DNA of 62,636 nucleotides, filler included, from Candidatus Woesearchaeota archaeon (GTDB taxonomy: Archaea > Nanobdellota > Nanobdellia > Woesearchaeales > J072): the NCBI GenBank assembly GCA_003695265.1. It is 6 parts of 6 records of this genome, joined end to end, with 100 filler letters (N's around TTAATTAATTAA, not from the genome) between each part and the next. Parts side by side here need not be neighbours in the genome. Positions count along the whole stretch, not along the records: positions 24,662 to 35,656 come from RFII01000069.1; positions 35,757 to 44,012 come from RFII01000071.1; 4 more parts are not named here. The stretch is one strand, 5' to 3'. The translations under genes were made by a program, and so were the position numbers. Under the pieces are notes generated by a model. It ran no database searches. It was given only the letters and a program-made list of their open reading frames with translations, and was not told the DNA's origin. Shown here piece after piece: positions 29,997 to 40,010 of this stretch. Within the stretch, counting starts at the first letter, position 1. Each line of letters begins with the position of its first letter.

Positions 29997-30848
29997 ATGG
30001 TTCTGGAATCATTAACAAACCCTTTCAGGGCTGAAAAAGCACCTTGGATGCTTTTCTTCTTCGGGTTATTTTTCTCTTCAATAGCAATTTTTCTCAGCTT
30101 GTGGATTTTCAAGTCTTACTCAAGCGTGCTGCTTGTCTTCTTCACTGTTCTCGCCGCGATACCTTTGGTTTACAACACTATCAGAATGGAGGAAACCAAA
30201 GACTTGGTTATTTCAAAAGAAAAAAAGTTGTTGAGAGAGCATTCAAAAGCCCTTAGCTTTCTAATGCTTTTCTTTCTAGGCGTAACACTTTCAATTTCAA
30301 TATGGTATGTGGCTTTGCCATCAAACACAGTCTCAACTTTGTTCAGGGCGCAGACAGAAACTATTGTTGAAATAAATTCGAATGTGACTGGAAACTTTAC
30401 AGAGTCAATGTTCATTTTCACAAGAATACTTCTGAACAACATGAAAGTGATGATCTTCTCAATACTTTTCGCATTTATTTATGGCATTGGCTCTTTATTT
30501 ATATTGACTTGGAACGCTTCTGTCATAGGCGTCGCTCTCGGAAATTTTGTTAGGGTTGGCATTGCTAACAGCGCCGCAAGTTTCGGATTTGCGAAAACAG
30601 GAGCTTACTTCCATATTTTCGCGCTTGGCCTGCTGCGCTACATGATACACGGAATACCTGAAATACTGGCGTATTTCGTTGCAGGATTCGCAGGAGCTAT
30701 CTTATCAGTTGCTATAATAAGGCATGATTACAACACAAAAAAATTTGAGAAAGTAATACTTGATTCTGCCAATCTTTTAATAATAGCTATTGGCCTGCTT
30801 GTTTTTGCAGCTTTTCTAGAAGTATTTGTAACACCCATATTTTTTTAG
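29997..30848 (+). CDS. SpoIIM/DUF95 family membrane protein
   Basis: ILLNN, WNASVIG, HGIPE, AAFLE motifs. Confidence 0.82.
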   Translation: MVLESLTNPFRAEKAPWMLFFFGLFFSSIAIFLSLWIFKSYSSVLLVFFTVLAAIPLVYNTIRMEETKDLVISKEKKLLREHSKALSFLMLFFLGVTLSISIWYVALPSNTVSTLFRAQTETIVEINSNVTGNFTESMFIFTRILLNNMKVMIFSILFAFIYGIGSLFILTWNASVIGVALGNFVRVGIANSAASFGFAKTGAYFHIFALGLLRYMIHGIPEILAYFVAGFAGAILSVAIIRHDYNTKKFEKVILDSANLLIIAIGLLVFAAFLEVFVTPIFF

Positions 30849-31471
30849 TCTAATATTTTTATGCGGCCAGACCTTATTTCAAAGACTTCACCCTGTTCTA
30901 TCAAATTTTTTATTATTTTTTCAGCATTTTTAATCTTGCTGGTGCTTATAACTTCCTCAATCAAAGCGCCATTCCCGTCGTCAAGGCTTTTTATAACGTT
31001 GAGTATCTTATCAATAAAACCTTCTGAAATGTTTTCTTCCTCCTTTTTTTCTTCGGATTCTTCCATGGATTTATCTTCCGGCTTTTTGTAAATAATAGTA
31101 TTTAACTGAAGTTTTCTTAGCTCAACCCATTTTTTGTTAATTATTTTCCTTATTATTTCTGGCATGATAAAAATCTCTTTTCCGAATTCTCTCGGCCTGC
31201 CAATAATAAGAACAACATCTCCAACATCAAAATCGTTTAGCCTGTTGTTTTCAAAAGACCTCACACTTATTTTTCCTGTGCCGTCATCAATGATTATTGA
31301 AGGAAATTCTCCATCACCAGATTTTGAAACCACAACAGCTATCAAGTTAACCCTTGATATCTTAAGGCCTTCTTTTGTTATTATGTAGTTGGGCTCCCAC
31401 CCTTCGCGCCTGACATATTCACCTTTAAGAAGGTTGTTGATGTTTGTAATAATTGCTGGCTGGCGCTGCAT
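30845..31471 (-). CDS. RPA32-like OB-fold ssDNA-binding protein with C-terminal winged helix
   Basis: SRVNLIAVVV, IDDGTG, IGRPREF, GEVFE; coupled to mcm. Confidence 0.82.
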   Translation of the reverse strand: MQRQPAIITNINNLLKGEYVRREGWEPNYIITKEGLKISRVNLIAVVVSKSGDGEFPSIIIDDGTGKISVRSFENNRLNDFDVGDVVLIIGRPREFGKEIFIMPEIIRKIINKKWVELRKLQLNTIIYKKPEDKSMEESEEKKEEENISEGFIDKILNVIKSLDDGNGALIEEVISTSKIKNAEKIIKNLIEQGEVFEIRSGRIKILD

Positions 31472-31473
31472 TT

Positions 31474-33498
31474 TCAAATCTTTTGGATTCGGCCCCTCTT
31501 AGGCTCGAAAATGTCACCAGAACGCTTCAGCTTTTCAATAATCTCATTAACGTCATCCTCTTCAATGTTCTTGCTCACAGCAGAGCTGACAATCTCTTCT
31601 ATGGGAATTGGTATTTTCCCAAGCTTTTCCTCTAATTCATTAATAATCTCCCTGACAGTCGCTATTTTCGAGCGCTGCGTTGCAGGAATTCCTGTTGAAA
31701 TCCTGTCAATGTCAACCATTCCAGTTTCTGGGTCAATTCCCACTTGGTGGAGGCAGAAATGTATTAGGGAAATGGCGCGCTTCGCATCCCTTTTTGTGAC
31801 TTTGTCAGAAAGCCTTGTCCTCGCGGACGCTTCGGAAAGCCTCACCAAAGCCTCCAATTGCCTTGGAGAAATTGGTATTGGTTTTATTCCTCCTTCTTCT
31901 GTTGCCCCACTAGTTCTCATCTTAACATAATAATTTTTTATTTCCTCCAAAGCGCTGTCCGTGAGTTTTGGCCTAACATTCTGGCGCGCGTACGCAATAT
32001 ACTTTCTCATGAGCTCAGTGCTGATTTCTGTTTCCTTTGTTTTGTCTGTTTGGTGGAGGTTAAGAACAAATTTTGCCAGGTCCTCATCCCTATCCTTATC
32101 TGGAAGGTCGCGGATTGGAAAAATTAAGTCGAACCTGTTAATAAGCGTTGACGGAAGGTCAATCTGCTTTGCTATCGTCTCATAAGGGTCAAACCTTCCG
32201 AATTTCGGGTTTGCAGCTGCCAAAACAGCAGCCTCTGACCTCAGCGTAGCCTGAATGTTTGCCTTGCTTATGCTGACTGTCTGCTGCTCCAATGCTTCGT
32301 GCATCGCGTCCCTGTCCTCTTTTGTCATTTTGTCGAGCTCGTCAATCATTACAAAACCTTGGTTTGAAAGTACCAACGCGCCTGCTTCCAAAGCCCAACC
32401 TTTCAAGAACTCATCTCTTACAACCGCGGCTGTCAACCCAGCGCCGCTGGCCCCTTTTCCGCTGACATACCTTGCTTTTGGAGCAACAACAGAAGACCTT
32501 TTTAGAAGCTGGCTTTTTCCAGAACCAGGATCACCTATTAGGAGAACATGAATGTCACCTCTTGTTACTGCGCCGTCATCGCGCACCTTCCTCAACCCAC
32601 CCATTAACTGCAGAAGGATGGCTTCTTTAACTTTTTCATGCCCATATATCGAAGGTGCTATTGACTCAACAAGCTTTTCGTAAATGCGTGGGTTCTCAGA
32701 AAGCTCTTTCAGCTGTTCTGCCTCTTCGGGTGTTATATCAATTTCCCCAAAGTTTTCCTCAACAGGCTCAACGTAATTTGCTTCCATAAGCAGATCAAAC
32801 CTTATTGACTGGCCGCCGGTCCTGAGAAGAACAGGAACCTCTTTCACAACACCGGAAACGATTATTCTCGTTCCAGGGTTTGTTTTTTTATCGCTTAAAG
32901 GGCTTACAAGGTCGTTTTTCAAAAAAATATTCAGCCTTTTTGCTTGTTCCCCACCTTCAAGTGTTTCAGGCGATTCTTCCAACACAATTTTTTGCGCGTC
33001 CACCAAGTCCTTGCTGAGAAGCCTGAACTTTCCTTTCCTGCCGCAGCCGCACGATGAAGGCTCTGTGAATTTCATATCAACCTGTAGTACGGTTATTTCA
33101 TTCCCACAGCTCGGGCACTCAAACCTCGCAGCAGTTACTTGCGGCCTGACGTCAGACTTCTGCCTTACAATGCCATCAATTACAAGCAGTTTGTTTATGT
33201 CTTTGCTTCTTATGTCCCTTATCTTTATGTACTGGCTTTCTGGGAGGTTTTTGAACCTAACGCAAAAACCACTCAAATCGCTGTCCACCTCAAACTGCTC
33301 TACTGCTAATTCGGCAGCTTTAAAAACGTCCTCTGGATAATCAATTAGGGTTTCGGCTAGGTCTGGATTGAATTTTGACAGCTCAAAAAAGTCAACAACA
33401 AACGATTTCTCGCCTTTTGCTATTGCCTCAAGAAGCTCTTTGTGGTAATTCTTTTCAAGGAATTCGTGAAACTGCCTAATCATGTCAGATGCTTTCAT
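31474..33498 (-). CDS. mcm: Replicative helicase MCM
   Basis: Zn finger CPSC..CGC, GDPGSGKSQ, IDELDKM, AAANP, NRFD. Confidence 0.97.
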   Translation of the reverse strand: MKASDMIRQFHEFLEKNYHKELLEAIAKGEKSFVVDFFELSKFNPDLAETLIDYPEDVFKAAELAVEQFEVDSDLSGFCVRFKNLPESQYIKIRDIRSKDINKLLVIDGIVRQKSDVRPQVTAARFECPSCGNEITVLQVDMKFTEPSSCGCGRKGKFRLLSKDLVDAQKIVLEESPETLEGGEQAKRLNIFLKNDLVSPLSDKKTNPGTRIIVSGVVKEVPVLLRTGGQSIRFDLLMEANYVEPVEENFGEIDITPEEAEQLKELSENPRIYEKLVESIAPSIYGHEKVKEAILLQLMGGLRKVRDDGAVTRGDIHVLLIGDPGSGKSQLLKRSSVVAPKARYVSGKGASGAGLTAAVVRDEFLKGWALEAGALVLSNQGFVMIDELDKMTKEDRDAMHEALEQQTVSISKANIQATLRSEAAVLAAANPKFGRFDPYETIAKQIDLPSTLINRFDLIFPIRDLPDKDRDEDLAKFVLNLHQTDKTKETEISTELMRKYIAYARQNVRPKLTDSALEEIKNYYVKMRTSGATEEGGIKPIPISPRQLEALVRLSEASARTRLSDKVTKRDAKRAISLIHFCLHQVGIDPETGMVDIDRISTGIPATQRSKIATVREIINELEEKLGKIPIPIEEIVSSAVSKNIEEDDVNEIIEKLKRSGDIFEPKRGRIQKI

Positions 33499-33536
33499 AC
33501 CCCTTCACCAATCAAAAAAAACAAAAAAACAAAAAA

Positions 33537-34112
33537 TTATTTAACAATCTTCTTAAGGTTCCCTATGAGCTTGTCAAGGGCCTTATGCACTTCTTCCTCG
33601 CTCTTCGTGCCAGTGCAGACTATTTTTCCGTTCGTGAAAAGCAGGAAAGTCGCCTTTGCTTCCTTTAGCTTGTAAACAAGGCCTGGGAACTGCTCAGGCT
33701 CGTACTCAGTGTTCTCAAGCTTCATGGCCAGCGTGTTAAGGTTCAAGTCCATTCCTACAGAGCCAGAAGCCACGATGTTTTGGATTTGGATTTCTGGTGT
33801 TATCGTGATGTTTATGTTAATCTTTTTGAGAGCCTTTATTATCTTCTTTATTGACTCGTCAACTTTTTCCATTGACCTCGCGCCTGTGCAGACAACGTTG
33901 CCAGAGCTGAAGATTAATGCAGAGGTTTTCGGCTCTTTTATCCTTATAACAAGCCCAGGAAACTGCTCCGGGTTGTACTCTGTGTTTGGCAGCGTTGCAG
34001 CCATTTTCTCCAATGGAATGTCATGCTTTAAAGAAGTAGAAACGACTATGTTCACAACACTAATACTTTTTGTCCCTTCCTTTTTCTTTTTTTTAGCAGC
34101 TTTTTTAGGCAT
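33537..34112 (-). CDS. tbp: TATA-box-binding protein
   Basis: Two repeats NIVxS..EYxPEQFPGLV..CTG. Confidence 0.97.
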   Translation of the reverse strand: MPKKAAKKKKKEGTKSISVVNIVVSTSLKHDIPLEKMAATLPNTEYNPEQFPGLVIRIKEPKTSALIFSSGNVVCTGARSMEKVDESIKKIIKALKKININITITPEIQIQNIVASGSVGMDLNLNTLAMKLENTEYEPEQFPGLVYKLKEAKATFLLFTNGKIVCTGTKSEEEVHKALDKLIGNLKKIVK

Positions 34113-34223
34113 TTTACGCACCCCACATAATTTTATTAGTTTTTAAAGGGAAATCCCTTTTCATTTATAAATACTCTTATTTTTAAACCGTTTTTTTCCA
34201 AAATATGCTTTATAAACTAAAAC

Positions 34224-34245
34224 ACTCCTTGATTTCCTCTGGAAA
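34224..34245 (-). promoter_or_regulatory. ORB-like origin recognition box 1
   Basis: Minus strand TTTCCAGAGGAAATCAAGGAGT: TCCA-N2-GGAAA core plus G-rich tail. Confidence 0.65.
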
Positions 34246-34307
34246 AACTTATTCTCTATTTGCTCGTCGACAAATTTTTGCGTGTTTTTTGCTATGAAAA
34301 TTTGAAG

Positions 34308-34329
34308 ACCCCTTCGTTTCCTGTGGAAA
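34308..34329 (-). promoter_or_regulatory. ORB-like origin recognition box 2
   Basis: Minus strand TTTCCACAGGAAACGAAGGGGT; 18/22 identical to box 1, 84 bp apart. Confidence 0.7.
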
Positions 34330-34410
34330 TTTTTTGGTTTCAGGCGCTCAAACCCAAGCATAATTTTTTTTATAGAAACACTTATAAATTACTGCAAAAA
34401 ATCATGGCTT

Positions 34411-34824
34411 ATGAAGACGAAACGCGGGATTTGCGCCATTATTTTCAGTAACGACCTTTTTTTAATACTTAAAAGAATGGGCACATGGCACGGCTGGGAG
34501 TTCGTGAAAGGAGCCATAGAAAACGGCGAAACAGACGAGGAAGCGCTGAAAAGGGAGGTCAAGGAGGAAACAGGGCTTGACGTAAAAGAATTCTTCCGTG
34601 TCGAGTACCAGACAATCTTTAACAACAAAGGAACAAACATCTCAAACGAAGTATTCCTTGTAAGGCTTGACTCAACACCAAAAATAAATCTTGAAGCACT
34701 TGAGCACCCAGAGCACAACGACTATAAATGGGCTTCCAGCGAAGAAGTTCTTTCCACGCTGACATGGGATGAGGACAGGAAGGCATTCCAGAAAGCTCTT
34801 CAACTTGTGCAAAAACTTAAATAA
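34411..34824 (+). CDS. NUDIX hydrolase
   Basis: Nudix box GAIENGETDEEALKREVKEETGL. Confidence 0.9.
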   Translation: MKTKRGICAIIFSNDLFLILKRMGTWHGWEFVKGAIENGETDEEALKREVKEETGLDVKEFFRVEYQTIFNNKGTNISNEVFLVRLDSTPKINLEALEHPEHNDYKWASSEEVLSTLTWDEDRKAFQKALQLVQKLK

Positions 34825-34845
34825 ATTAACAAACAACTTCTTAAC

Positions 34846-35481
34846 ATGTTTGTCGACATTGTGTTTCCTCAGAAAAATGAGAAAGAATTTTTGAGCATGG
34901 CAGAAAAGCTGGGCTCAAAGCTATGCTTTGTTTACCCAAAAGAAGAATCTTATGAGAAAGAATTTTCCGGCATAATAACAACCCAGAGCCAAATAACAAA
35001 GCTCAAACAAAAAGCAAACCTGCTCGTTGTGAGGGCAGGCGAAGAAAACAGGAAGGCTTTTGACGCAGGTCCGGACATAATCTTCGGCTTAGAAAACTCA
35101 AAAAGGCCTGACTTCATCCACCAGAGGAACTCTGGATTAAACCAAGTGCTGTGCAATCTCGCAAAAAAGCATGGAACAATGATTGGGATAAGCTTCGCCG
35201 ACTTCCTAAGAGCCGAGAAGCCTGCGCAATACCTCGGCAGGGTAATGCAGAACATCATGTTATGCCAAAAATACAATGTTGAAATGGTTGTTGCGAGCTT
35301 CGCAAGAACGCCGTACGAGATGAGGCCAGAGCACGAACTAAAATCATTCTGCCTAATGCTCGGAATGCACCAAAAAACAGCAAAAGAAGCAATTAACAAT
35401 TTACACAAAAAAATTATGATTAATCAAAAGAAAAAAAGGAAAGAATACTATAACGAAGAGATTTACGTGGAAGAAAATTAG
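34846..35481 (+). CDS. rnp3: RNase P protein subunit p30 (Rpp30)
   Basis: RPDFIHQRNSGLNQVLCNLA..SFARTPYEMR, PHP-like barrel. Confidence 0.8.
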   Translation: MFVDIVFPQKNEKEFLSMAEKLGSKLCFVYPKEESYEKEFSGIITTQSQITKLKQKANLLVVRAGEENRKAFDAGPDIIFGLENSKRPDFIHQRNSGLNQVLCNLAKKHGTMIGISFADFLRAEKPAQYLGRVMQNIMLCQKYNVEMVVASFARTPYEMRPEHELKSFCLMLGMHQKTAKEAINNLHKKIMINQKKKRKEYYNEEIYVEEN

Positions 35482-35513
35482 AAAATTATTTATAGTTAAA
35501 GAATTGTTTTTAA

Positions 35514-35656
35514 ATGAGAAAAAAGGGGTTGCTTTTTGAAATGTGGGAAAAATATATTTTATTTTTAATCTTAATTTTGTTATGCTTTACACCCGTTTTT
35601 GCAGTAGAAAACGTAACAAATCTCAATGAAGAATTCCAAAATGCTTTATCTAAATC
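35514..35656 (+). CDS. Secreted protein, N-terminal fragment truncated by contig end
   Basis: Signal peptide ending VFA, runs into spacer. Confidence 0.45.
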
Positions 35657-35756
35657 NNNNNNNNNNNNNNNNNNNNNNNNNNNNNNNNNNNNNNNNNNNN
35701 TTAATTAATTAANNNNNNNNNNNNNNNNNNNNNNNNNNNNNNNNNNNNNNNNNNNN
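35657..35756. other. Artificial contig spacer
   Basis: N44-TTAATTAATTAA-N44. Confidence 0.97.
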
Positions 35757-35852
35757 GCCCATACCACCCAAATAATTAATACTTATCACAATTAGGCTGG
35801 CTTAACCTTGTTATCGTTAAGTTTATATATTGAAAAGCAAGAGCTCATGCTC

Positions 35853-37265
35853 ATGGCAAATGAAATAACATTAGAGAAATTTTTTGATAAGAGCACGATG
35901 TCGGTTCATATCAGGGAAAACACTGTTCCGACCGCAAAAAAAGGCGCTCCGGGAGAATGGAAGCTAGTGGGTATTGGAAAGAAAAAGCTCAGCCCGGCTG
36001 AAGTTGAATCAATAGCCAAAGAAATAATAGATGCAACAGAATCAAGGGATGACGGCTTTATAGAAATAGAAAGGGAAGGCTCCTCAATAATCCAGCTCTC
36101 TAATTACAGGATTGTTATAACGAGGCCGCCGTTCTCAGACGGGTGGGAAATAACTGCTGTCAGGCCTGTGAAAAAACTCACCTTTGATGACTATGATGTT
36201 GATGAGAAATTAAGGGAGAGGATTGCGAACAAGGCAGAAGGAATCCTTATAGCGGGCAGCCCTGGAATGGGAAAGTCAACATTTGCGCAGGCACTTGCAA
36301 TGTTCTACCTGTCACAGAACAAAGTGGTTAAAACAGTTGAGGCTCCGCGCGACTTAAACCTGCCTGACTCAATAACGCAGTACGCAATATCCCACGGAGA
36401 CGCTCAGGAAATACATGACATCTTGCTTCTCTCAAGGCCTGACTACACAATATTTGACGAGATGCGCAACACAGACGACTTCAAACTGTTTGCAGACTTA
36501 AGGCTTAGCGGCGTCGGAATGGTTGGAGTTGTGCACGCTACAAAGCCGATAGACGCGATTCAAAGGTTTGTGGGTAGGATTGAGCTAGGAGTAATCCCAC
36601 AAATAATTGACACTGTTATCTTTATAAAAGACGGGAAGATTGACAAGGTTCTCAGACTGGCAATGACTGTGAAAGTGCCTAGCGGAATGACCGAGGCAGA
36701 CCTTGCAAGGCCTGTTGTTGTTGTGAGCGATTTCACTACAAGAGAGCCTGAGTACGAGCTTTACAGCTACGGCGAAGAAACAGTTGTTGTACCTGTTTCA
36801 AAAGCAGCAAGCAAGTCGCCTGCTCTTGAGCTGGCGTCAAGGCAGATAGAAAATTACTTCAAGAGGTACAGCAGGAACGTTGAGGCTGAGGTTGTTTCTG
36901 AGAACAAGTGCATAGTTCGAGTTGACAAAAGCGCGATTTCTGAGATTATAGGAAAGCAGGGCAGAAACATAGACAAGATTGAGAAAGAGCTCGGAATGAG
37001 CATTGACATCCAGGAAATCGGGGCAGTTTCTAGCGAAGGGGAAATGATTGAATACACCACAAAAATAACTAAGAAGTCAATAGTCTTTTATGTTGAGAAA
37101 AAAGCATTGAACAGGGACGTTGACATTCTGATTGGTGGTGATTATTTGCTAACTGCGAAAGTAGGAAGTGGTGGCACAATAAAAATAAAAAAGAATAATA
37201 AGATTGGCAGAATAATAAGCCAGGCACTGACAGCAGGTGAAGAAGTTTCTTTGATTGTAAAATAA
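35853..37265 (+). CDS. PINA-family PilT-like ATPase with KH domain; PIN domain not present in frame
   Basis: MSVH..AKKG.PG, PPFSDGWEIT, GSPGMGKST, DEMR, MTEADLARP, KH IIGKQG. Confidence 0.85.
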   Translation: MANEITLEKFFDKSTMSVHIRENTVPTAKKGAPGEWKLVGIGKKKLSPAEVESIAKEIIDATESRDDGFIEIEREGSSIIQLSNYRIVITRPPFSDGWEITAVRPVKKLTFDDYDVDEKLRERIANKAEGILIAGSPGMGKSTFAQALAMFYLSQNKVVKTVEAPRDLNLPDSITQYAISHGDAQEIHDILLLSRPDYTIFDEMRNTDDFKLFADLRLSGVGMVGVVHATKPIDAIQRFVGRIELGVIPQIIDTVIFIKDGKIDKVLRLAMTVKVPSGMTEADLARPVVVVSDFTTREPEYELYSYGEETVVVPVSKAASKSPALELASRQIENYFKRYSRNVEAEVVSENKCIVRVDKSAISEIIGKQGRNIDKIEKELGMSIDIQEIGAVSSEGEMIEYTTKITKKSIVFYVEKKALNRDVDILIGGDYLLTAKVGSGGTIKIKKNNKIGRIISQALTAGEEVSLIVK

Positions 37266-37266
37266 G

Positions 37267-37932
37267 TCAGAAATACTCATTATTCTTAAAGAAACCGTGT
37301 GAAAAAACCATTTTAGGTATTTGAGGCTGAGCCCTTAATAACACTCCCTTGATTTCATCCCTCAACTTTGCAGCAGCCTCATAATTCTCTCTCCCAACTG
37401 CCTTCCTCATTTCTCTGTGCAGGGGAATCAATTCCTTGTAGCAACTGGGAAACTCGGTTGCAAAGTAAAGCTGCTCCCTGAAATTCTGAAGTGCATTAAA
37501 CACCACTTCATACGGCGCTCCTGGTAGAATAACATTAACTTCAGGGTCTAATCTTATTGCTAGTTCCACATCTCTTGTCGCTCTTAGCGTTAATTCCCAT
37601 GATTTTCTTAAATGCGCATCATAGCTTTTTGAATTTGGATTCATTCTTTGCGCCCTTTCAAAAAGCAAAACAGCATAATTCTGCGATCTCTTATAATCTT
37701 CTTCTAAGTAATCCAAAGCTAATGACAATTCAAGATCAGTTAATTCATAATTTCTTTCTTCTATTTCCTGCTCGAGCAGTTCTCCTAGGTCTTCTCCCGG
37801 CTCCTCCGGCGAAAGATAATCCGGAAGGGCAAGATTCAATGTCTCACTATCCGATGTGTTTGGGTTTTTCTCCAGTCTCTCCTTAGCTAATCTTTTTCTT
37901 GCAAGGTATTCAAAGATTGATTCCTCCTCCAT
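37267..37932 (-). CDS. Orphan protein with C-terminal UvrB/UvrC coiled-coil motif
   Basis: EMRKAVGRENYEAAAKLRDEI. Confidence 0.7.
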   Translation of the reverse strand: MEEESIFEYLARKRLAKERLEKNPNTSDSETLNLALPDYLSPEEPGEDLGELLEQEIEERNYELTDLELSLALDYLEEDYKRSQNYAVLLFERAQRMNPNSKSYDAHLRKSWELTLRATRDVELAIRLDPEVNVILPGAPYEVVFNALQNFREQLYFATEFPSCYKELIPLHREMRKAVGRENYEAAAKLRDEIKGVLLRAQPQIPKMVFSHGFFKNNEYF

Positions 37933-38046
37933 TGCAAATAACAGAAAAGAACTCATATTTAAATCTTTCGGTTAGTTACTACTTTATAGTAGTTATTGTA
38001 TTAATGGGTATTTTTACTTATGATTTATTTATAAAATACTGCTTTA

Positions 38047-38502
38047 TCAGACTGTGTAATTCCCAGACTTTATTCTTTCCCTTAACTCACTAACATAAAA
38101 TGAGGCGTCGCGCTGGTTCTCTAAGCTGTTTCCTCTTGTAAAGTCCTCTCTGTTATTAACTTTCAGCCTGCCATCACCACATTCCTCATAAACAATAACA
38201 CGGCAGTCTCCAGAAACGCCCTTCTCAAGCTCTAATAAGTAATTACCCTCTCTCGTGAATATTTTTCCTTCGCCGTCTCTCCTAACAACTACAAGATGCC
38301 CGTTAGCAGCAAAAGGAGGATGCTTTAATGAAAGACTTGATAAATGAATACCAAAAGTACGCAAATAATTCTCAGTATAAGGCCCAAAATACTCTCTTAG
38401 AACTCTTCTGGCTGACCTCATTAATTTAGGATGAACTGCCTGAGCAACAAGGTCATGTATCCCATTTTCTATATTAGGCAATAAAGTCTGGAAGCGCACC
38501 AT
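38047..38502 (-). CDS. Hypothetical protein
   Basis: Open frame from MVRFQ, divergent from serS; no motif recognised. Confidence 0.5.
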   Translation of the reverse strand: MVRFQTLLPNIENGIHDLVAQAVHPKLMRSARRVLREYFGPYTENYLRTFGIHLSSLSLKHPPFAANGHLVVVRRDGEGKIFTREGNYLLELEKGVSGDCRVIVYEECGDGRLKVNNREDFTRGNSLENQRDASFYVSELRERIKSGNYTV

Positions 38503-38665
38503 CCTTACTTTCTGTTTTTCTTTTTTTAAGCAATTATGTAAGCAATTATTCTTTTTAAACTTTACTTCAAAAACAGCAAATTTTCCGACGATAAAAGTAT
38601 GATGCTGTATGATAATCTTGCTTTTAATCAAAAATTATTTAAACACAAAAAAAAGACAAGAACGC

Positions 38666-39958
38666 ATGCTTGACATAAAACTAATTCGAGAAAGCCCTGA
38701 CTTTGTTAGGGATAAACTAAAGAGAAGGCAAAACCCTGAAATTTTGGAATGGCTGGACAATGTCATAAAAAAAGACAAAGAATACCGCGAGCTGCTCCAA
38801 AAAGTAGAATCGCTCAGGCATAAGAGGAACGTTATCTCAAACGAGATTAGGATTCTGAAAAAGGAAGGTAAAAACGCAGATTCAAAAATAAAAGAATCAA
38901 AAGAGAACGTAAAAAAAATAAAGGAAACAGAAGAAGAGCTTGGAAAAATCAAGGAAGAAATAAAATATTTTCTAATGAGAATACCTAACCTTCCTCATGA
39001 CTCAGTGCCTGACGGCAAAGACGAAAGCGAAAACAAAGTCATTAAGAAATGGGGCACTCCGAGAAAATTCAGTTTTCCTGTAAAAAACCATGCTGAGCTT
39101 GCTGAAGCCCTAGGCGTTGCTGATTTTGAGAGAAGCGCAAAGATTTCAGGAAGCATGTTTTACTTCCTAAAAGGAGAACTCGCACTACTAAACCTTGCCT
39201 TGATAAGGTTTGCAGTTGATTTCCTGATTAAGAAAGGATACACTTACGTTGAGCCACCGTTAATGATACGAAAAAAAGTTGTTGAAGGCGTAACCGATTA
39301 CGACTTCTTCAGAGAAATGGTTTACAAGGTTGATGGAGAAGACCTTCACCTAATACCCACCGCAGAGCATCCAATAGCAGGAATGCACATGAACGAAGTA
39401 ATAAAAGAAGATGAGCTGCCCTTAAAATACGTTGGGTACAGCATGTGCTTCAGAAAAGAGCTCGGAAGCCACGGCGTAGACACAAAAGGACTCTGGAGGA
39501 CGCACCAATTCAACAAAGTGGAGCAGTTCATACTCTGCAAGCCAGAAGACTCCTACAAGTATTACGATGAGCTGCTAAGCAACACAGAACATCTCTTCCA
39601 AAAACTCGGAATTCCATACAGGATTTTTGAGAGCTGCGCCGGCGACTTGGGAATCGTCAAGTCCAAAGGATGCGATTTGGAAGGATGGTTTCCAAGGCAG
39701 AAGGCTTATGGCGAATTAGCCTCATTAAGCAACTGTACTGACTACCAGGCAAGGCGCTTAAATATCAGAATGGAAGACACTCACGGCAACAGAAGATTCT
39801 TGCACACCCTGAACAATACAGCAATAGCCACTTCAAGGGCAATAGTCGCGATACTTGAGAATTATCAGAACGAGGACGGCTCAGTCACAATTCCAAAAGT
39901 TCTGGTTCCTTACATGAACGGCATCAAAAAAATAGAGAAGAGAGAAGATAAAGAATAA
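38666..39958 (+). CDS. serS: Serine-tRNA ligase
   Basis: MLDIKLIR, coiled-coil arm, IPTAE, CFRKE, HQFNKVE, SNCTDYQARR, HTLN. Confidence 0.96.
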   Translation: MLDIKLIRESPDFVRDKLKRRQNPEILEWLDNVIKKDKEYRELLQKVESLRHKRNVISNEIRILKKEGKNADSKIKESKENVKKIKETEEELGKIKEEIKYFLMRIPNLPHDSVPDGKDESENKVIKKWGTPRKFSFPVKNHAELAEALGVADFERSAKISGSMFYFLKGELALLNLALIRFAVDFLIKKGYTYVEPPLMIRKKVVEGVTDYDFFREMVYKVDGEDLHLIPTAEHPIAGMHMNEVIKEDELPLKYVGYSMCFRKELGSHGVDTKGLWRTHQFNKVEQFILCKPEDSYKYYDELLSNTEHLFQKLGIPYRIFESCAGDLGIVKSKGCDLEGWFPRQKAYGELASLSNCTDYQARRLNIRMEDTHGNRRFLHTLNNTAIATSRAIVAILENYQNEDGSVTIPKVLVPYMNGIKKIEKREDKE

Positions 39959-40010
39959 AAAGTAAATTATAAATACCTAGGAATTCTTGACACTACTTTA
40001 GGTGAGTATT

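Noticed and set aside
34161..34451. Short ORFs 34161..34361 and 34260..34451
   Set aside because: Low-complexity translations of the AT-rich putative origin region.
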